Assembly (NCBI GenBank): GCA_046297395.1
Contig: JBKCNM010000032.1
Location: 36,312 to 100,311 of the forward strand
Direction: 5' to 3'
Length of the DNA: 64,000 nt
Source: Bacteroidota bacterium
Lineage (GTDB): Bacteria > Bacteroidota > Bacteroidia > UBA4408
A model generated the notes under the pieces. The model searched no databases and was not told where the DNA came from. It saw only the letters and a list, made by a program, of their open reading frames with translations. The position numbers were made by a program, and so were the translations under genes. This document shows, one piece after another, positions 48,322 through 57,526 of this stretch (position 1 is the first letter of the stretch; each line of letters opens with the position of its first letter).

Positions 48322-49026
48322 TTACAAGTTGCGTAAAAAGATGCGCTTGGTTACAGGAAGGAGTGTTTCCTGAAATGGAAGTTGGTGCGTGCAAATCACC
48401 GCAGAAACGGCCGGATTGGGCAAGGTGCTGTTATACCTGATTAATTCTGTTTTTATCGAATTAAATGTATCCGTGATGCTGTTGTAAAAAGACTTGCAAT
48501 AGTTTACATACATCAATCTGTATTTTTCTGAGGGATCTTCAATCATTGAAACCTCATAATGGTAAACTTTTTTTTCGTTTTGCGATCCGCTCAAAAAAAT
48601 CAGGTATCCTGCATCCTTGTTTAGTGGCAGTAAACCTACCGCCTCAATTTTAACCATCTTCTCCACCAGGTTAAAAATTTCCTTTCCCTCTTCGATGCTC
48701 TTTTTCAAGCAAGGAGATGCATACAGCAACAATTCATTGATCTGCTCCATCACCTTATCATTGCTAATCATGTTTTCATAAAGCAACTGCATGTTTGTAT
48801 AATCTATTCCCCTTAGCCGCATGGGAATGCTGTCCTGAAAGAGTTGTTTACGCTGCAAAAGGCTTTCCACATTGGTGTAATGTGAAATAACCTCAGAAAA
48901 AGCAGGGTAAAGCATGGTTTGGTCATAGCTTTCCTTTACCTCTTTAAGAAAGGCAAGCAGCATATACTTTTTATACTCCAAATCTGTGGTATACTCAGTA
49001 AGCCAGTTTTTAGAAAGTGGTTTCAT
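48322..49026 (-). CDS. hypothetical protein (predicted all-alpha, cytoplasmic)
   Basis: 234-aa ORF with coding-like composition. No recognisable motifs. Confidence 0.45.
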   Translation of the reverse strand: MKPLSKNWLTEYTTDLEYKKYMLLAFLKEVKESYDQTMLYPAFSEVISHYTNVESLLQRKQLFQDSIPMRLRGIDYTNMQLLYENMISNDKVMEQINELLLYASPCLKKSIEEGKEIFNLVEKMVKIEAVGLLPLNKDAGYLIFLSGSQNEKKVYHYEVSMIEDPSEKYRLMYVNYCKSFYNSITDTFNSIKTELIRYNSTLPNPAVSAVICTHQLPFQETLLPVTKRIFLRNL

Positions 49027-49073
49027 GATTCTTTGTCTTGTTTACGAAAGACAAAGGGACACAGTTTCAGGTT

Positions 49074-49661
49074 TTACCTGAAGAAACTTTTTTTAGCTGT
49101 TCGCCACAAGATTTGAAAATCCAAAAAAAGATTTTGTTTCTCGGTATATTGCAAAGCTAATTCCAGCTTGGCAGGTAGTATCCTGGTTTTGTAGATCTCC
49201 TCCGGGTCATCGCCCTTGAGCAATTCATTTTCATCAATAAACAAAAGGGAAGCTTCATCGGTGATGCCGGGTTTTACCTGCAAGACTTTTTCATATTTGC
49301 CTGTATAGAAGGCAGCATAATCGGGAACCTCCGGTCGGGGACCTACCAGACTCATCTCGCCAAGGAGCACATTCAGGAGCTGAGGCAATTCATCTAGTTT
49401 GTATTTACGAAGCCACTTCCCTACCCGTGTAATTCGGTTGTCGTTGTGAGTGGTTATGGGCATGCCCTTTGCAGCATCTTTTCGCATGGTGCGGAACTTG
49501 AATAATCGAAAAGGTTTTCCATGTAAACCCATGCGGGTGTGAAGGAAGAATATCCCACCCGGGCTATCGATAACGATAATAAGAGAAAGCAGTACAAACA
49601 GAGGGAAAAAAAGCAGCAAAAGAAACAGAGAAAAAAAGAAGTCAAAAAGCCTTTTCGTCAT
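49074..49661 (-). CDS. initiating phosphoglycosyl (sugar) transferase, PglC/WbaP small type
   Basis: Single N-terminal TM plus the Bac_transf domain (…RPLLLKRGLDI-like…DELPQLLNVLLGEMSLVGPRP). Confidence 0.85.
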   Translation of the reverse strand: MTKRLFDFFFSLFLLLLFFPLFVLLSLIIVIDSPGGIFFLHTRMGLHGKPFRLFKFRTMRKDAAKGMPITTHNDNRITRVGKWLRKYKLDELPQLLNVLLGEMSLVGPRPEVPDYAAFYTGKYEKVLQVKPGITDEASLLFIDENELLKGDDPEEIYKTRILPAKLELALQYTEKQNLFLDFQILWRTAKKSFFR

Positions 49662-50878
49662 GCGGGCAATAAAGAATTGCAGGCCTCAATCAGGTTGTGC
49701 ACCACCACTTCCTGCTGTTCAGTAGTGATTCCATAAAAAAGCGGAAGTGAAATCTCTGTGGAGAAATTGTTGTATGCCACAGGGAAATCTTCCATTTTGT
49801 AGCCCAGCTCTTTGTAATAGGTTAGCATGGGTAAAGGCACAAAATGTACATTAACTGCAATATCTGCTTCAAACATTTTTGCCATCACCGCATCTCTTTG
49901 ATCGGCAGAAATTCCTTTGATTCTTAGGGGATAAAGGTGCCATGCAGAAGTTCTGTTTTCATCCTGCAGCAAAGGCAACAAAAATCGCTTGTGATCCCGC
50001 AACAATCGGTTGTAATTTTCAACAGCTTTTTTTCGGAAGGAGAGTGTTTCCTCATATTGAGCGAGTCCAACCAAACCAAGAGCAGCTGCAATATCTGTCA
50101 TGTTGCATTTGTAACCCGGCTCAACGATGTCGTATTTCCAATTGCCTTTTTGCATTTTGGCAAGTGCATCCTTTGTTTGTCCGTGCAAGGACTTGATGCA
50201 TAAATCGCGGTAGGCTTCTTCGTTGGAAAATGGCGTTGGCAAACGAAAAGCAAGTGCACCACCTTCTGCTGTGGTAAGGTTTTTTACTGCATGAAAAGAA
50301 AAAGCAGATGCATCGGCAAGGTTTCCGGTTCGTTGGCCATGGTAAGTGGCACCAAAAGAATGTGCAGCGTCTGAGAGCACAAAGATTCTTCCTAATTCTT
50401 TGAATTTTCCTCTGGGATTTCCTTGTTGAAAAAGTAGCATATTGGCCGGATCGTTCACCATCCGGTAGATGGCATGGTAATCGCAGGGCATACCGGCAAA
50501 ATCTACAGGCATAATCACCCGGGTAGCGGGAGAAATAGCTTTTTGTATTGCCTCTGGGCTGATATTAAAATCGTCCGGCCTGGTATCCACAAACACAGGT
50601 TTTGCACCGCAGTGCATCACCACATTGGCGGTAGCAGAATATGTATAGGCGGGCAGAATCACCTCGTCGCCCTCTTGAAGTTCCAACCAGCGCAGCATCA
50701 TCTCGAGCGCAGCGGTGGCTGAATTCAGACATAGCGTTTGTGGATTGTTGCACCAAGCAGCCAGTTCTTTCTCAAACTTTTTTGTTTTCGGTCCGGTTGT
50801 AATCCAACCAGAACGAAGGGTATCCACCACTTCCCTGATGGCTTCTTCTGAAATATGTGGGGGCGAAAACGGAATCAT
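49658..50878 (-). CDS. DegT/DnrJ/EryC1/StrS family PLP-dependent sugar aminotransferase
   Basis: Family-wide similarity (MIPFSPPHISEEAIREVVDTLRSGWITTGPK…). ATGA overlap with the downstream sugar transferase. Confidence 0.85.
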   Translation of the reverse strand: MIPFSPPHISEEAIREVVDTLRSGWITTGPKTKKFEKELAAWCNNPQTLCLNSATAALEMMLRWLELQEGDEVILPAYTYSATANVVMHCGAKPVFVDTRPDDFNISPEAIQKAISPATRVIMPVDFAGMPCDYHAIYRMVNDPANMLLFQQGNPRGKFKELGRIFVLSDAAHSFGATYHGQRTGNLADASAFSFHAVKNLTTAEGGALAFRLPTPFSNEEAYRDLCIKSLHGQTKDALAKMQKGNWKYDIVEPGYKCNMTDIAAALGLVGLAQYEETLSFRKKAVENYNRLLRDHKRFLLPLLQDENRTSAWHLYPLRIKGISADQRDAVMAKMFEADIAVNVHFVPLPMLTYYKELGYKMEDFPVAYNNFSTEISLPLFYGITTEQQEVVVHNLIEACNSLLPA

Positions 50879-50879
50879 T

Positions 50880-52700
50880 TCAATTGATATTGTCGCCTCT
50901 TAGTTTGCGGAATTTTACCCTGGCATCGGCGGCGTAAATACTTCCGGGGTATTTGGTGATGAGTTCCTGATACCATTTCATGGCAGCCTGTGTGTCTTTA
51001 TAGTGAATAACATAAATTTCTGCTGCCAAATAGCAGGCATCATCAGCGTAAATTTCCTCGTTGTATGTACCTGCAATTTCTTCTAAATAAATCAGCGCCT
51101 GTTTGTATGACTGGTGCTTGGCTGCGATGGTATATTTTCTGAACAATACTTCATCCGACAAACCATGAAAAGGGTACAAGCGGGAGATGGAATCATAGGA
51201 GAGCAAAGCGAGTGAATCCCTGTTCTGGTATAAAAACAAATCGCCCCTGGCAAACATCTGCAACGGTTCTCTCACCGAGTCCTGCCCGAGGTTATCGGTA
51301 ATAATCATGGAAAGATCGAGCGCATCATTGGCAATGAGTTTACTTGTGGCTGCTTTCAAAACCAACAATTGTGCCTGCGCCCATTCAAAATCACCGCGAT
51401 AGTATGATAGTCGTGCGTTACGAAATTTGGCCTCTTGCCCCAACACATCATGTTTATAATTTTTCTCCACCTGTGAATACAGCAAACTGGCTTCCCACAC
51501 ATCACCTGTGAACAGGAGAACATCAGCTTTTTCAAGCTTGGCGCGTGTTCTCTGTACATCATCCACGGCAGGCAATTGAATCACCTGATCGAGGAGGGAA
51601 AGAGCCGTATCTTGCTGGTTCAGATAAAAAGCCTTGAAATGCGCAAAATCACGAATCATGGAGGCTGTTGATGGCTGTATGCCCAGTTCATTCAGTCCCA
51701 TGGAAAAGGCGCTGTCTGTTTGTTGTAGGTCTATTTGGGAATAAACAGGTCTTTGGGAGAGCTTCAGGTATTGGTTGGAAATGTATTCTCTGCGTGCCTG
51801 ATCATAATAAGGATTTTTCCGGCCTTTGGTAAGTTCGTACTGGAGAATATTTGCTGCTGCCGAGAAATCCTGGTTGGCAGAAGCCACCTGCGCAAGTTCA
51901 AACAATTCAGGCGACTTATTACCTGAGCGTTTATCGAGTGCCCTGAGTTGTTCGAAGGCTGCTAAAAAATTCTTCTCCTGCTGGAATAACCAAACCAGCA
52001 TATTGGTAAATACATCCCGTTGTGGATACTGCTGAATCTTTTTCAGCAATTGTTGTTTGAGCAATTGTCTGCGCTCGGGTGAATTCTCATCATCAAGGTT
52101 GGTTTGCAATGCATTTTGCACCTGCACCAAATAGCCCTCATTGTAGTTAATGGCCTCAAGGTACTGATCAATCATGTTGGGCAGGTCTTTTTTTGCACTG
52201 TACATTTCAGCCAATTCAAAATAAAAAGGATATAAAAACCCCATTTTTTCTTGACCTGCCTGGAGCACGGCGATGCCCAAATCAGGCAAAGAAGCTGCCT
52301 GCAAGGCTCCCGACAAATTGATGAACAGGGATTGATCAGCATCAAAGGATTTTGCTCTTGCAGTTATCAATTTCATCGCATCCGCCGGGCGTTCGGTATT
52401 TGTGTATAAGGATGCGAGAGATACTATCGCAGCATTGCTGCCGTTGTTTTTGCGGACAATTTTCTTGAGGAATTTTTCAACTTCTGCTTCTTTTTTGAGA
52501 GACAACATACATCTCACATAAAACTGCATGGTCTCATCATCCTGTCCGGATTTGTAGAGTGTGGAAAATAAATCGGCAGCTTTTTTAAATTCCCCCGATT
52601 CATACAATTGTTTGGCGAGCTTCATGTCATCGTTTTGCTGACCCATGGAGACAAGATTCCAAAGGCATAAACAAACAAAAGATAACAGGCGCAAACGCAT
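50880..52700 (-). CDS. TPR-repeat protein, secreted (hypothetical)
   Basis: Signal peptide. Multiple TPR-like helical repeats. Confidence 0.55.
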   Translation of the reverse strand: MRLRLLSFVCLCLWNLVSMGQQNDDMKLAKQLYESGEFKKAADLFSTLYKSGQDDETMQFYVRCMLSLKKEAEVEKFLKKIVRKNNGSNAAIVSLASLYTNTERPADAMKLITARAKSFDADQSLFINLSGALQAASLPDLGIAVLQAGQEKMGFLYPFYFELAEMYSAKKDLPNMIDQYLEAINYNEGYLVQVQNALQTNLDDENSPERRQLLKQQLLKKIQQYPQRDVFTNMLVWLFQQEKNFLAAFEQLRALDKRSGNKSPELFELAQVASANQDFSAAANILQYELTKGRKNPYYDQARREYISNQYLKLSQRPVYSQIDLQQTDSAFSMGLNELGIQPSTASMIRDFAHFKAFYLNQQDTALSLLDQVIQLPAVDDVQRTRAKLEKADVLLFTGDVWEASLLYSQVEKNYKHDVLGQEAKFRNARLSYYRGDFEWAQAQLLVLKAATSKLIANDALDLSMIITDNLGQDSVREPLQMFARGDLFLYQNRDSLALLSYDSISRLYPFHGLSDEVLFRKYTIAAKHQSYKQALIYLEEIAGTYNEEIYADDACYLAAEIYVIHYKDTQAAMKWYQELITKYPGSIYAADARVKFRKLRGDNIN

Positions 52701-52701
52701 C

Positions 52702-53316
52702 TTATTTTTTACTGAGTTTGAGTATCACTGAATCAACCAGAACATCCAAGGAGTCAAAAGCTGCAAAGTGCATCTTGTATTGAAGGGATTTGTTTTCTGT
52801 ATAGGTGTACAACTTGTCGATGGCCCTTTTCTCATCAGCCAAATAACGGCTTGCTTCTTCCTTTTCAAATTTTCCGTTCACATAATCATGACGAAGATTT
52901 TGTAGCTGGCTCTTGCTGTACTCCAATTGTTTCTCCAACATTTCTTTGGGCTCTTCTTCTGTTTCTTTCACCTCCTTGATGCCTTTTTTTTCTCTCTCCT
53001 CCTCTTCTCCGGATTGGTTCTCAAACCAACGAACAAGACTATAGGCAGATATCAGTTCAATGGTTTTGTCATCATGTTTTCCTCCGTCCAAAGCATTGAT
53101 TTTTTCTATTTTCTCGGCAATGGTAACCGCTACTTTTTCTGCTTTTTCAAAGGCGATGCTCTCAAAGATACTATCGGTCTTTTCCAGTTTCATAGACAGT
53201 GAATCTATGGTCTGTGTATAGGAATCATTCTCTTTTTTAGAATTGCAGGCAACACATAGAAGGATAGTTGGTACAAGAAGAAATAGTTTAATAGAAGTGT
53301 TCATCATCGAATCCAT
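52702..53316 (-). CDS. acidic lipoprotein (hypothetical)
   Basis: Lipobox LLCVAC. Glu/Lys-rich body. 204 aa. Confidence 0.45.
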   Translation of the reverse strand: MDSMMNTSIKLFLLVPTILLCVACNSKKENDSYTQTIDSLSMKLEKTDSIFESIAFEKAEKVAVTIAEKIEKINALDGGKHDDKTIELISAYSLVRWFENQSGEEEEREKKGIKEVKETEEEPKEMLEKQLEYSKSQLQNLRHDYVNGKFEKEEASRYLADEKRAIDKLYTYTENKSLQYKMHFAAFDSLDVLVDSVILKLSKK

Positions 53317-54578
53317 TCAAAACCTGTATAAGGAACAAGACATGCCGGTATTCTGATACCATCCGGACTTTGGTTGTTTTCAAGCAAGGCTGCCACGATA
53401 CGAGGCAAGGCAAGTGCGGAACCATTGAGTGTATGGGCAAGGGCAGGTTTTGCATCCCCCTCGCGGTACCTAAGCTTGAGGCGGTTGCTCTGAAAGGTTT
53501 CAAAGTTGGAAACCGAACTCACTTCGAGCCAGCGTTGCTGGGCTGTTGAGTATACTTCCATGTCGTAGGTCATGGCTGAGGCAAAGCTCATGTCGCCTCC
53601 GCAAAGCCTTAGGACCCTGAACGGCAATTCGAGACTTTTAAGCAGTCCGGCCACATAGGTTTGCATCTCTTCGAGCACCTCATATGATTTAGATGGATGG
53701 GCAATCTGCACGATTTCCACCTTGTCGAACTGATGCAGTCGATTGAGTCCTCGCACATCCTTGCCGTAGGAACCTGCTTCACGGCGGAAGCAAGGCGTGT
53801 ATCCGGCATTTTTGATGGGCAGGTCGCCGGCTTTTACAATCACATCCCGGTAGATATTGGTGATCGGTACCTCGGCTGTAGGGATGAGGTACAGGTGATC
53901 GATGCCTACATGGTACATCTGTCCTTCCTTGTCAGGTAATTGACCGGTGCCAAAACCGGAATCTTCATTTACCAGAATGGGAGGCTGTACCTCTGTGTAT
54001 CCTTCCTGCTCTGCCCGATGAAGAAAGTAATTGATGAGCGCACGCTGAAGTTTTGCTCCTTTCCCTTTGTAAACCGGAAATCCTGCGCCGGTAAGTTTCA
54101 CCCCAAGTTCAAAATCAATAAGGTCATATTGTTGGGCAAGCTCCCAATGGGGTTTTGCATTGGCTGGAAGCACGGGTATGTCGCCATGGGAATAGACCAC
54201 CTGGTTGTCTTCAGGAGTGAATCCCTCAGGCACGAGATGGTATGGCACATTGGGAAGAGTGACCAGGAAATCATGCAGGGCAGTTTCCGCTTCCCGAAGG
54301 GCATTTTCTCCATGCTTTGCAAGCTCTTTCAGGGAGGCAGACTTTGCTCTGAGGGTTTCTGCTTCATCCTTCTTTCCCTGCTTAAACAGCTGGCCTACCG
54401 AATCTGAGATTGCATTGATTTCGGAGAGCACCTGCTCAAGTTGTGTTTGTTGTTTTTTGCGGGCATCATCCAGGGAAATAACCTTATGAATAGCCTCAGC
54501 TGCATCCTTCACTTTTTTGCGGGTGAGGCCTGCAATCACTTTGTCCTTGTTGTCTCTGATATATTGTACCTGTAACAT
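53304..54578 (-). CDS. serS: serine--tRNA ligase
   Basis: N-terminal coiled-coil arm plus class II aaRS core motifs. ATG at 54578 (MLQVQYIRDN…). Confidence 0.9.
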   Translation of the reverse strand: MLQVQYIRDNKDKVIAGLTRKKVKDAAEAIHKVISLDDARKKQQTQLEQVLSEINAISDSVGQLFKQGKKDEAETLRAKSASLKELAKHGENALREAETALHDFLVTLPNVPYHLVPEGFTPEDNQVVYSHGDIPVLPANAKPHWELAQQYDLIDFELGVKLTGAGFPVYKGKGAKLQRALINYFLHRAEQEGYTEVQPPILVNEDSGFGTGQLPDKEGQMYHVGIDHLYLIPTAEVPITNIYRDVIVKAGDLPIKNAGYTPCFRREAGSYGKDVRGLNRLHQFDKVEIVQIAHPSKSYEVLEEMQTYVAGLLKSLELPFRVLRLCGGDMSFASAMTYDMEVYSTAQQRWLEVSSVSNFETFQSNRLKLRYREGDAKPALAHTLNGSALALPRIVAALLENNQSPDGIRIPACLVPYTGFEWIR

Positions 54579-54685
54579 AAGCACGGCAAAAATAACCTTA
54601 TTGACCATGCAATGTGTGAAAACTATGAAAACGAAGGGAATAAGTCTCTTAAATTATCTTACTTTTGTGTGCAAGTAAAAGAACG

Positions 54686-54988
54686 ATGCATTTTGACCCA
54701 TCCATGCTTGAGGAGTTAAAATCCAAAATTCTGGCACTTACACATGTTCATTCGGCACTTTCAGAGAAGCACCGAAGTTTACTTGCAGAAGCAGAGGGAC
54801 TGAAACACGAGATCCGCACCAAGTCGGAGGAGGTTTCGGAGCTGCGCAGGGAACTGGCGCTGATGAGGGGGCAGTTGAACGAAAAGCAAGGGCTCGAAAA
54901 GAGCCAGGCAGAAACCAAAAAGTTCATCGGCGAAATGCTCTCGGAGATCAGCCGCTACCTTGAGGAATCCAAGCCTGACATTGCCTGA
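54686..54988 (+). CDS. coiled-coil protein upstream of zapA (hypothetical; ZapB-like?)
   Basis: ~100-aa predicted coiled coil. Conserved position before zapA. ATG at 54686 preferred over the TTG extension. Confidence 0.4.
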   Translation: MHFDPSMLEELKSKILALTHVHSALSEKHRSLLAEAEGLKHEIRTKSEEVSELRRELALMRGQLNEKQGLEKSQAETKKFIGEMLSEISRYLEESKPDIA

Positions 54989-55000
54989 GTAAACAAAACA

Positions 55001-55276
55001 ATGGCTGCAGAAACCATCCATATCACAATTGCCGGTAAAATATTTCCGGTAAAGGTTAGCAACCGGGCCGAGGGAGAAAAATATCTCCTCGCCGCCGGAC
55101 TTGTTGAGGAGAAAATGGAAAAGTATGCCAGCAATTTCAATACCCGGCATAGCACTGACCTCATGGCCATGTGTTTACTGGAATTTGCCTTTCAGCAAGT
55201 TGACTGGCAAAATACTCAAAACGAACTAGGCAGACAGGTGTCTGACCTCACGGCAATGGTTCAGCAGGTTCTTTAA
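55001..55276 (+). CDS. zapA: cell division protein ZapA
   Basis: 91 aa, ZapA-like N-terminus (…IHITIAGKIFPVKV…). Located upstream of rny, as is typical. Confidence 0.65.
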   Translation: MAAETIHITIAGKIFPVKVSNRAEGEKYLLAAGLVEEKMEKYASNFNTRHSTDLMAMCLLEFAFQQVDWQNTQNELGRQVSDLTAMVQQVL

Positions 55277-55324
55277 CAGGACGGCATCAACGATTGTGTT
55301 CCGCCACAAAAAAAAGGAAACACA

Positions 55325-56887
55325 ATGGACATTGTATCAATTGTCATCGGCCTCGCAGGAGGTCTCATTCTGGGAGCCAGTATCGTAGCTACCATGCTTC
55401 GCAAACAGGTGCTCAACCAGGTAAACATGCTTAAAAAAGAAGCTGAAGAAAAAGGCGAAATCATTAAGCAGGAAAAAATTCTTCAAGCCAAGGAAAAATT
55501 TCTTCAGCTCAAGGCAGAGCACGAAAAAACCATCGCAGAGAAAAATGCGGGCTTGCAGGAAAAACAACAGCAGGTTTTCCAGCAGGAAAACAAAATCAAG
55601 CAAAAAGAGCAGGTACTCAACCAAAAGATTGAAGAAACCCAGCGCAAACAGCAGGAGGCCCAGCAAGCCAAAGAGATTCATCAACAACAGGTGGATGTGC
55701 TCAAAAGGAAGCAGGAAGAACTTGACAAATCCCTGAAAAAACAAGTTGAACAACTACAGGTGGTGGCAGGTCTCACTGCTGAAGAAGCCAGAACCCAGTT
55801 GGTGGAAGCCCTGAAATCGGAAGCCAAAACACAGGCACTCTCCCATATTAAAGATATCATGGAAGAGGCCAAGCTCACCGCCAATAAGGAGGCTAAAAAG
55901 ATTGTTATTCAAACCATCCAGCGCGTGGCCACCGAGCATGCAGTTGAAAATTCAGTATCGGTATTTAACATCGACAATGATGAAATCAAGGGCCGCGTTA
56001 TCGGAAGAGAAGGGCGCAACATTCGTACCCTTGAATCTCTTACGGGTGTAGAAATTATCGTGGATGACACACCTGAAGCCATCATCCTCTCCTGTTTCGA
56101 TCCGGTACGCCGTGAAATTGCCAGGCTGGCTTTGCATCAGTTGGTTTCCGATGGTCGTATTCACCCTGCCCGTATTGAGGAAGTAGTGGAAAAAGTAAAA
56201 AAGCAGATTGAAGAAGAAATCATTGAAACCGGTAAGCGCACGACCATAGACCTTGGTATTCATGGTCTGCATCCGGAACTGATACGGATGGTGGGCAGGA
56301 TGAAGTATCGTTCCTCTTACGGACAAAACCTCTTGCAGCACAGCCGTGAAGTTGCCAACCTTTGCGCTACCATGGCAGCAGAACTTGGACTGAATGTGAA
56401 GTTGGCAAAACGCGCGGGACTCCTCCATGACATCGGAAAGGTTCCGGACGACCAGCCGGAGTTGCCGCACGCCATTCTAGGAATGCAGTTGGCAGAAAAA
56501 TTCAAGGAGAATCCGGAAGTATGCAATGCCATAGGTGCGCACCATGATGAGATTGAGATGACCAGCTTGCTGAGTCCAATCATTCAAGTATGTGATGCCA
56601 TATCAGGATCTCGTCCGGGCGCACGCAGAGAAATTGCAGAATCTTACATCAAACGATTGAAAGACCTGGAGACCATTGCCATGACCTATCCCGGCGTAAA
56701 CAAGACCTTTGCTGTGCAGGCCGGGCGCGAACTAAGGGTAATGGTAGAAAGTGAAAGGGTTGACGACAAACAGGTAGATCAGCTTGCTTTTGATATTTCG
56801 CAGCGCATCCAAACAGAGATGACTTATCCGGGACAAATTAAAATTACAGTTATCAGAGAAACAAGAGGCGTGAGTTATGCCAAATAA
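55325..56887 (+). CDS. rny: ribonuclease Y
   Basis: N-terminal TM, coiled-coil, KH domain ([13 protein letters not shown]), HD domain (LLHDIGK…HH). Confidence 0.9.
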   Translation: MDIVSIVIGLAGGLILGASIVATMLRKQVLNQVNMLKKEAEEKGEIIKQEKILQAKEKFLQLKAEHEKTIAEKNAGLQEKQQQVFQQENKIKQKEQVLNQKIEETQRKQQEAQQAKEIHQQQVDVLKRKQEELDKSLKKQVEQLQVVAGLTAEEARTQLVEALKSEAKTQALSHIKDIMEEAKLTANKEAKKIVIQTIQRVATEHAVENSVSVFNIDNDEIKGRVIGREGRNIRTLESLTGVEIIVDDTPEAIILSCFDPVRREIARLALHQLVSDGRIHPARIEEVVEKVKKQIEEEIIETGKRTTIDLGIHGLHPELIRMVGRMKYRSSYGQNLLQHSREVANLCATMAAELGLNVKLAKRAGLLHDIGKVPDDQPELPHAILGMQLAEKFKENPEVCNAIGAHHDEIEMTSLLSPIIQVCDAISGSRPGARREIAESYIKRLKDLETIAMTYPGVNKTFAVQAGRELRVMVESERVDDKQVDQLAFDISQRIQTEMTYPGQIKITVIRETRGVSYAK

Positions 56888-57308
56888 GGATGAGTCAACA
56901 CATAAATTTGGTGTGAACAAGAGTGATGAAGAATGGTTTCATGAATTGGGTGCAGAAGCCTATTATGTACTCAGGGAGAAAGGAACCGAGAGACCCTTTA
57001 TCAATCATTATTACAAGCTGAATGACCAAGGTGTATATTGTTGCAGGGGCTGTGAAACGCCCCTGTTTTTGTCGGAAGCAAAATACGATAGCGGGAGCGG
57101 ATGGCCTGCATTTTATGCAGCGCTTGATCCCTCAAAAATTTTAGAGAAAAGGGACACCACACATGGAATGATCCGTACAGAAGTTATGTGTGCCCATTGC
57201 GGAGGTCATTTGGGTCATGTCTTTGATGATGGTCCGCAACCTACCGGCATGCGTTACTGCATCAACTCTGCTTCACTGCATTTTGTGAAAGCAGAAAGTG
57301 AGAAGTAG
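56877..57308 (+). CDS. msrB: peptide-methionine (R)-S-oxide reductase MsrB
   Basis: Two CxxC zinc motifs and a catalytic RYCINSASL motif. Confidence 0.9.
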   Translation: MPNKDESTHKFGVNKSDEEWFHELGAEAYYVLREKGTERPFINHYYKLNDQGVYCCRGCETPLFLSEAKYDSGSGWPAFYAALDPSKILEKRDTTHGMIRTEVMCAHCGGHLGHVFDDGPQPTGMRYCINSASLHFVKAESEK

Positions 57309-57526
57309 CCAATAGACTGCTCGTTTACTAATCAAGCAGGCCGCAGTATAAATCGGCAATCATAGGCTTTTTTAAAAAGGTTTATATATGATTATGTGTT
57401 CAACTTGGGAAACTGATTGAACAAACTTCTTTAATTATGTAACAAGTCTGATCCAAATCATTTTCCATTAACTGATATTCAAAGTTTAAAATTACCGGAA
57501 CAGGAAGGATTACATTCAGGTAATCA

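Noticed and set aside
55337-55939. 138-aa and smaller minus-strand ORFs antisense to rny (Leu/Phe-rich)
   Set aside because: Mirror image of the K/E/Q-rich coiled-coil region of RNase Y. Low complexity, not a gene.
57309-57526. 218-bp AT-rich convergent intergenic region (msrB / LptD-like) as candidate sRNA
   Set aside because: No hairpins, inverted repeats or promoter-like elements could be discerned. It is probably just terminator or spacer DNA. Left unannotated.
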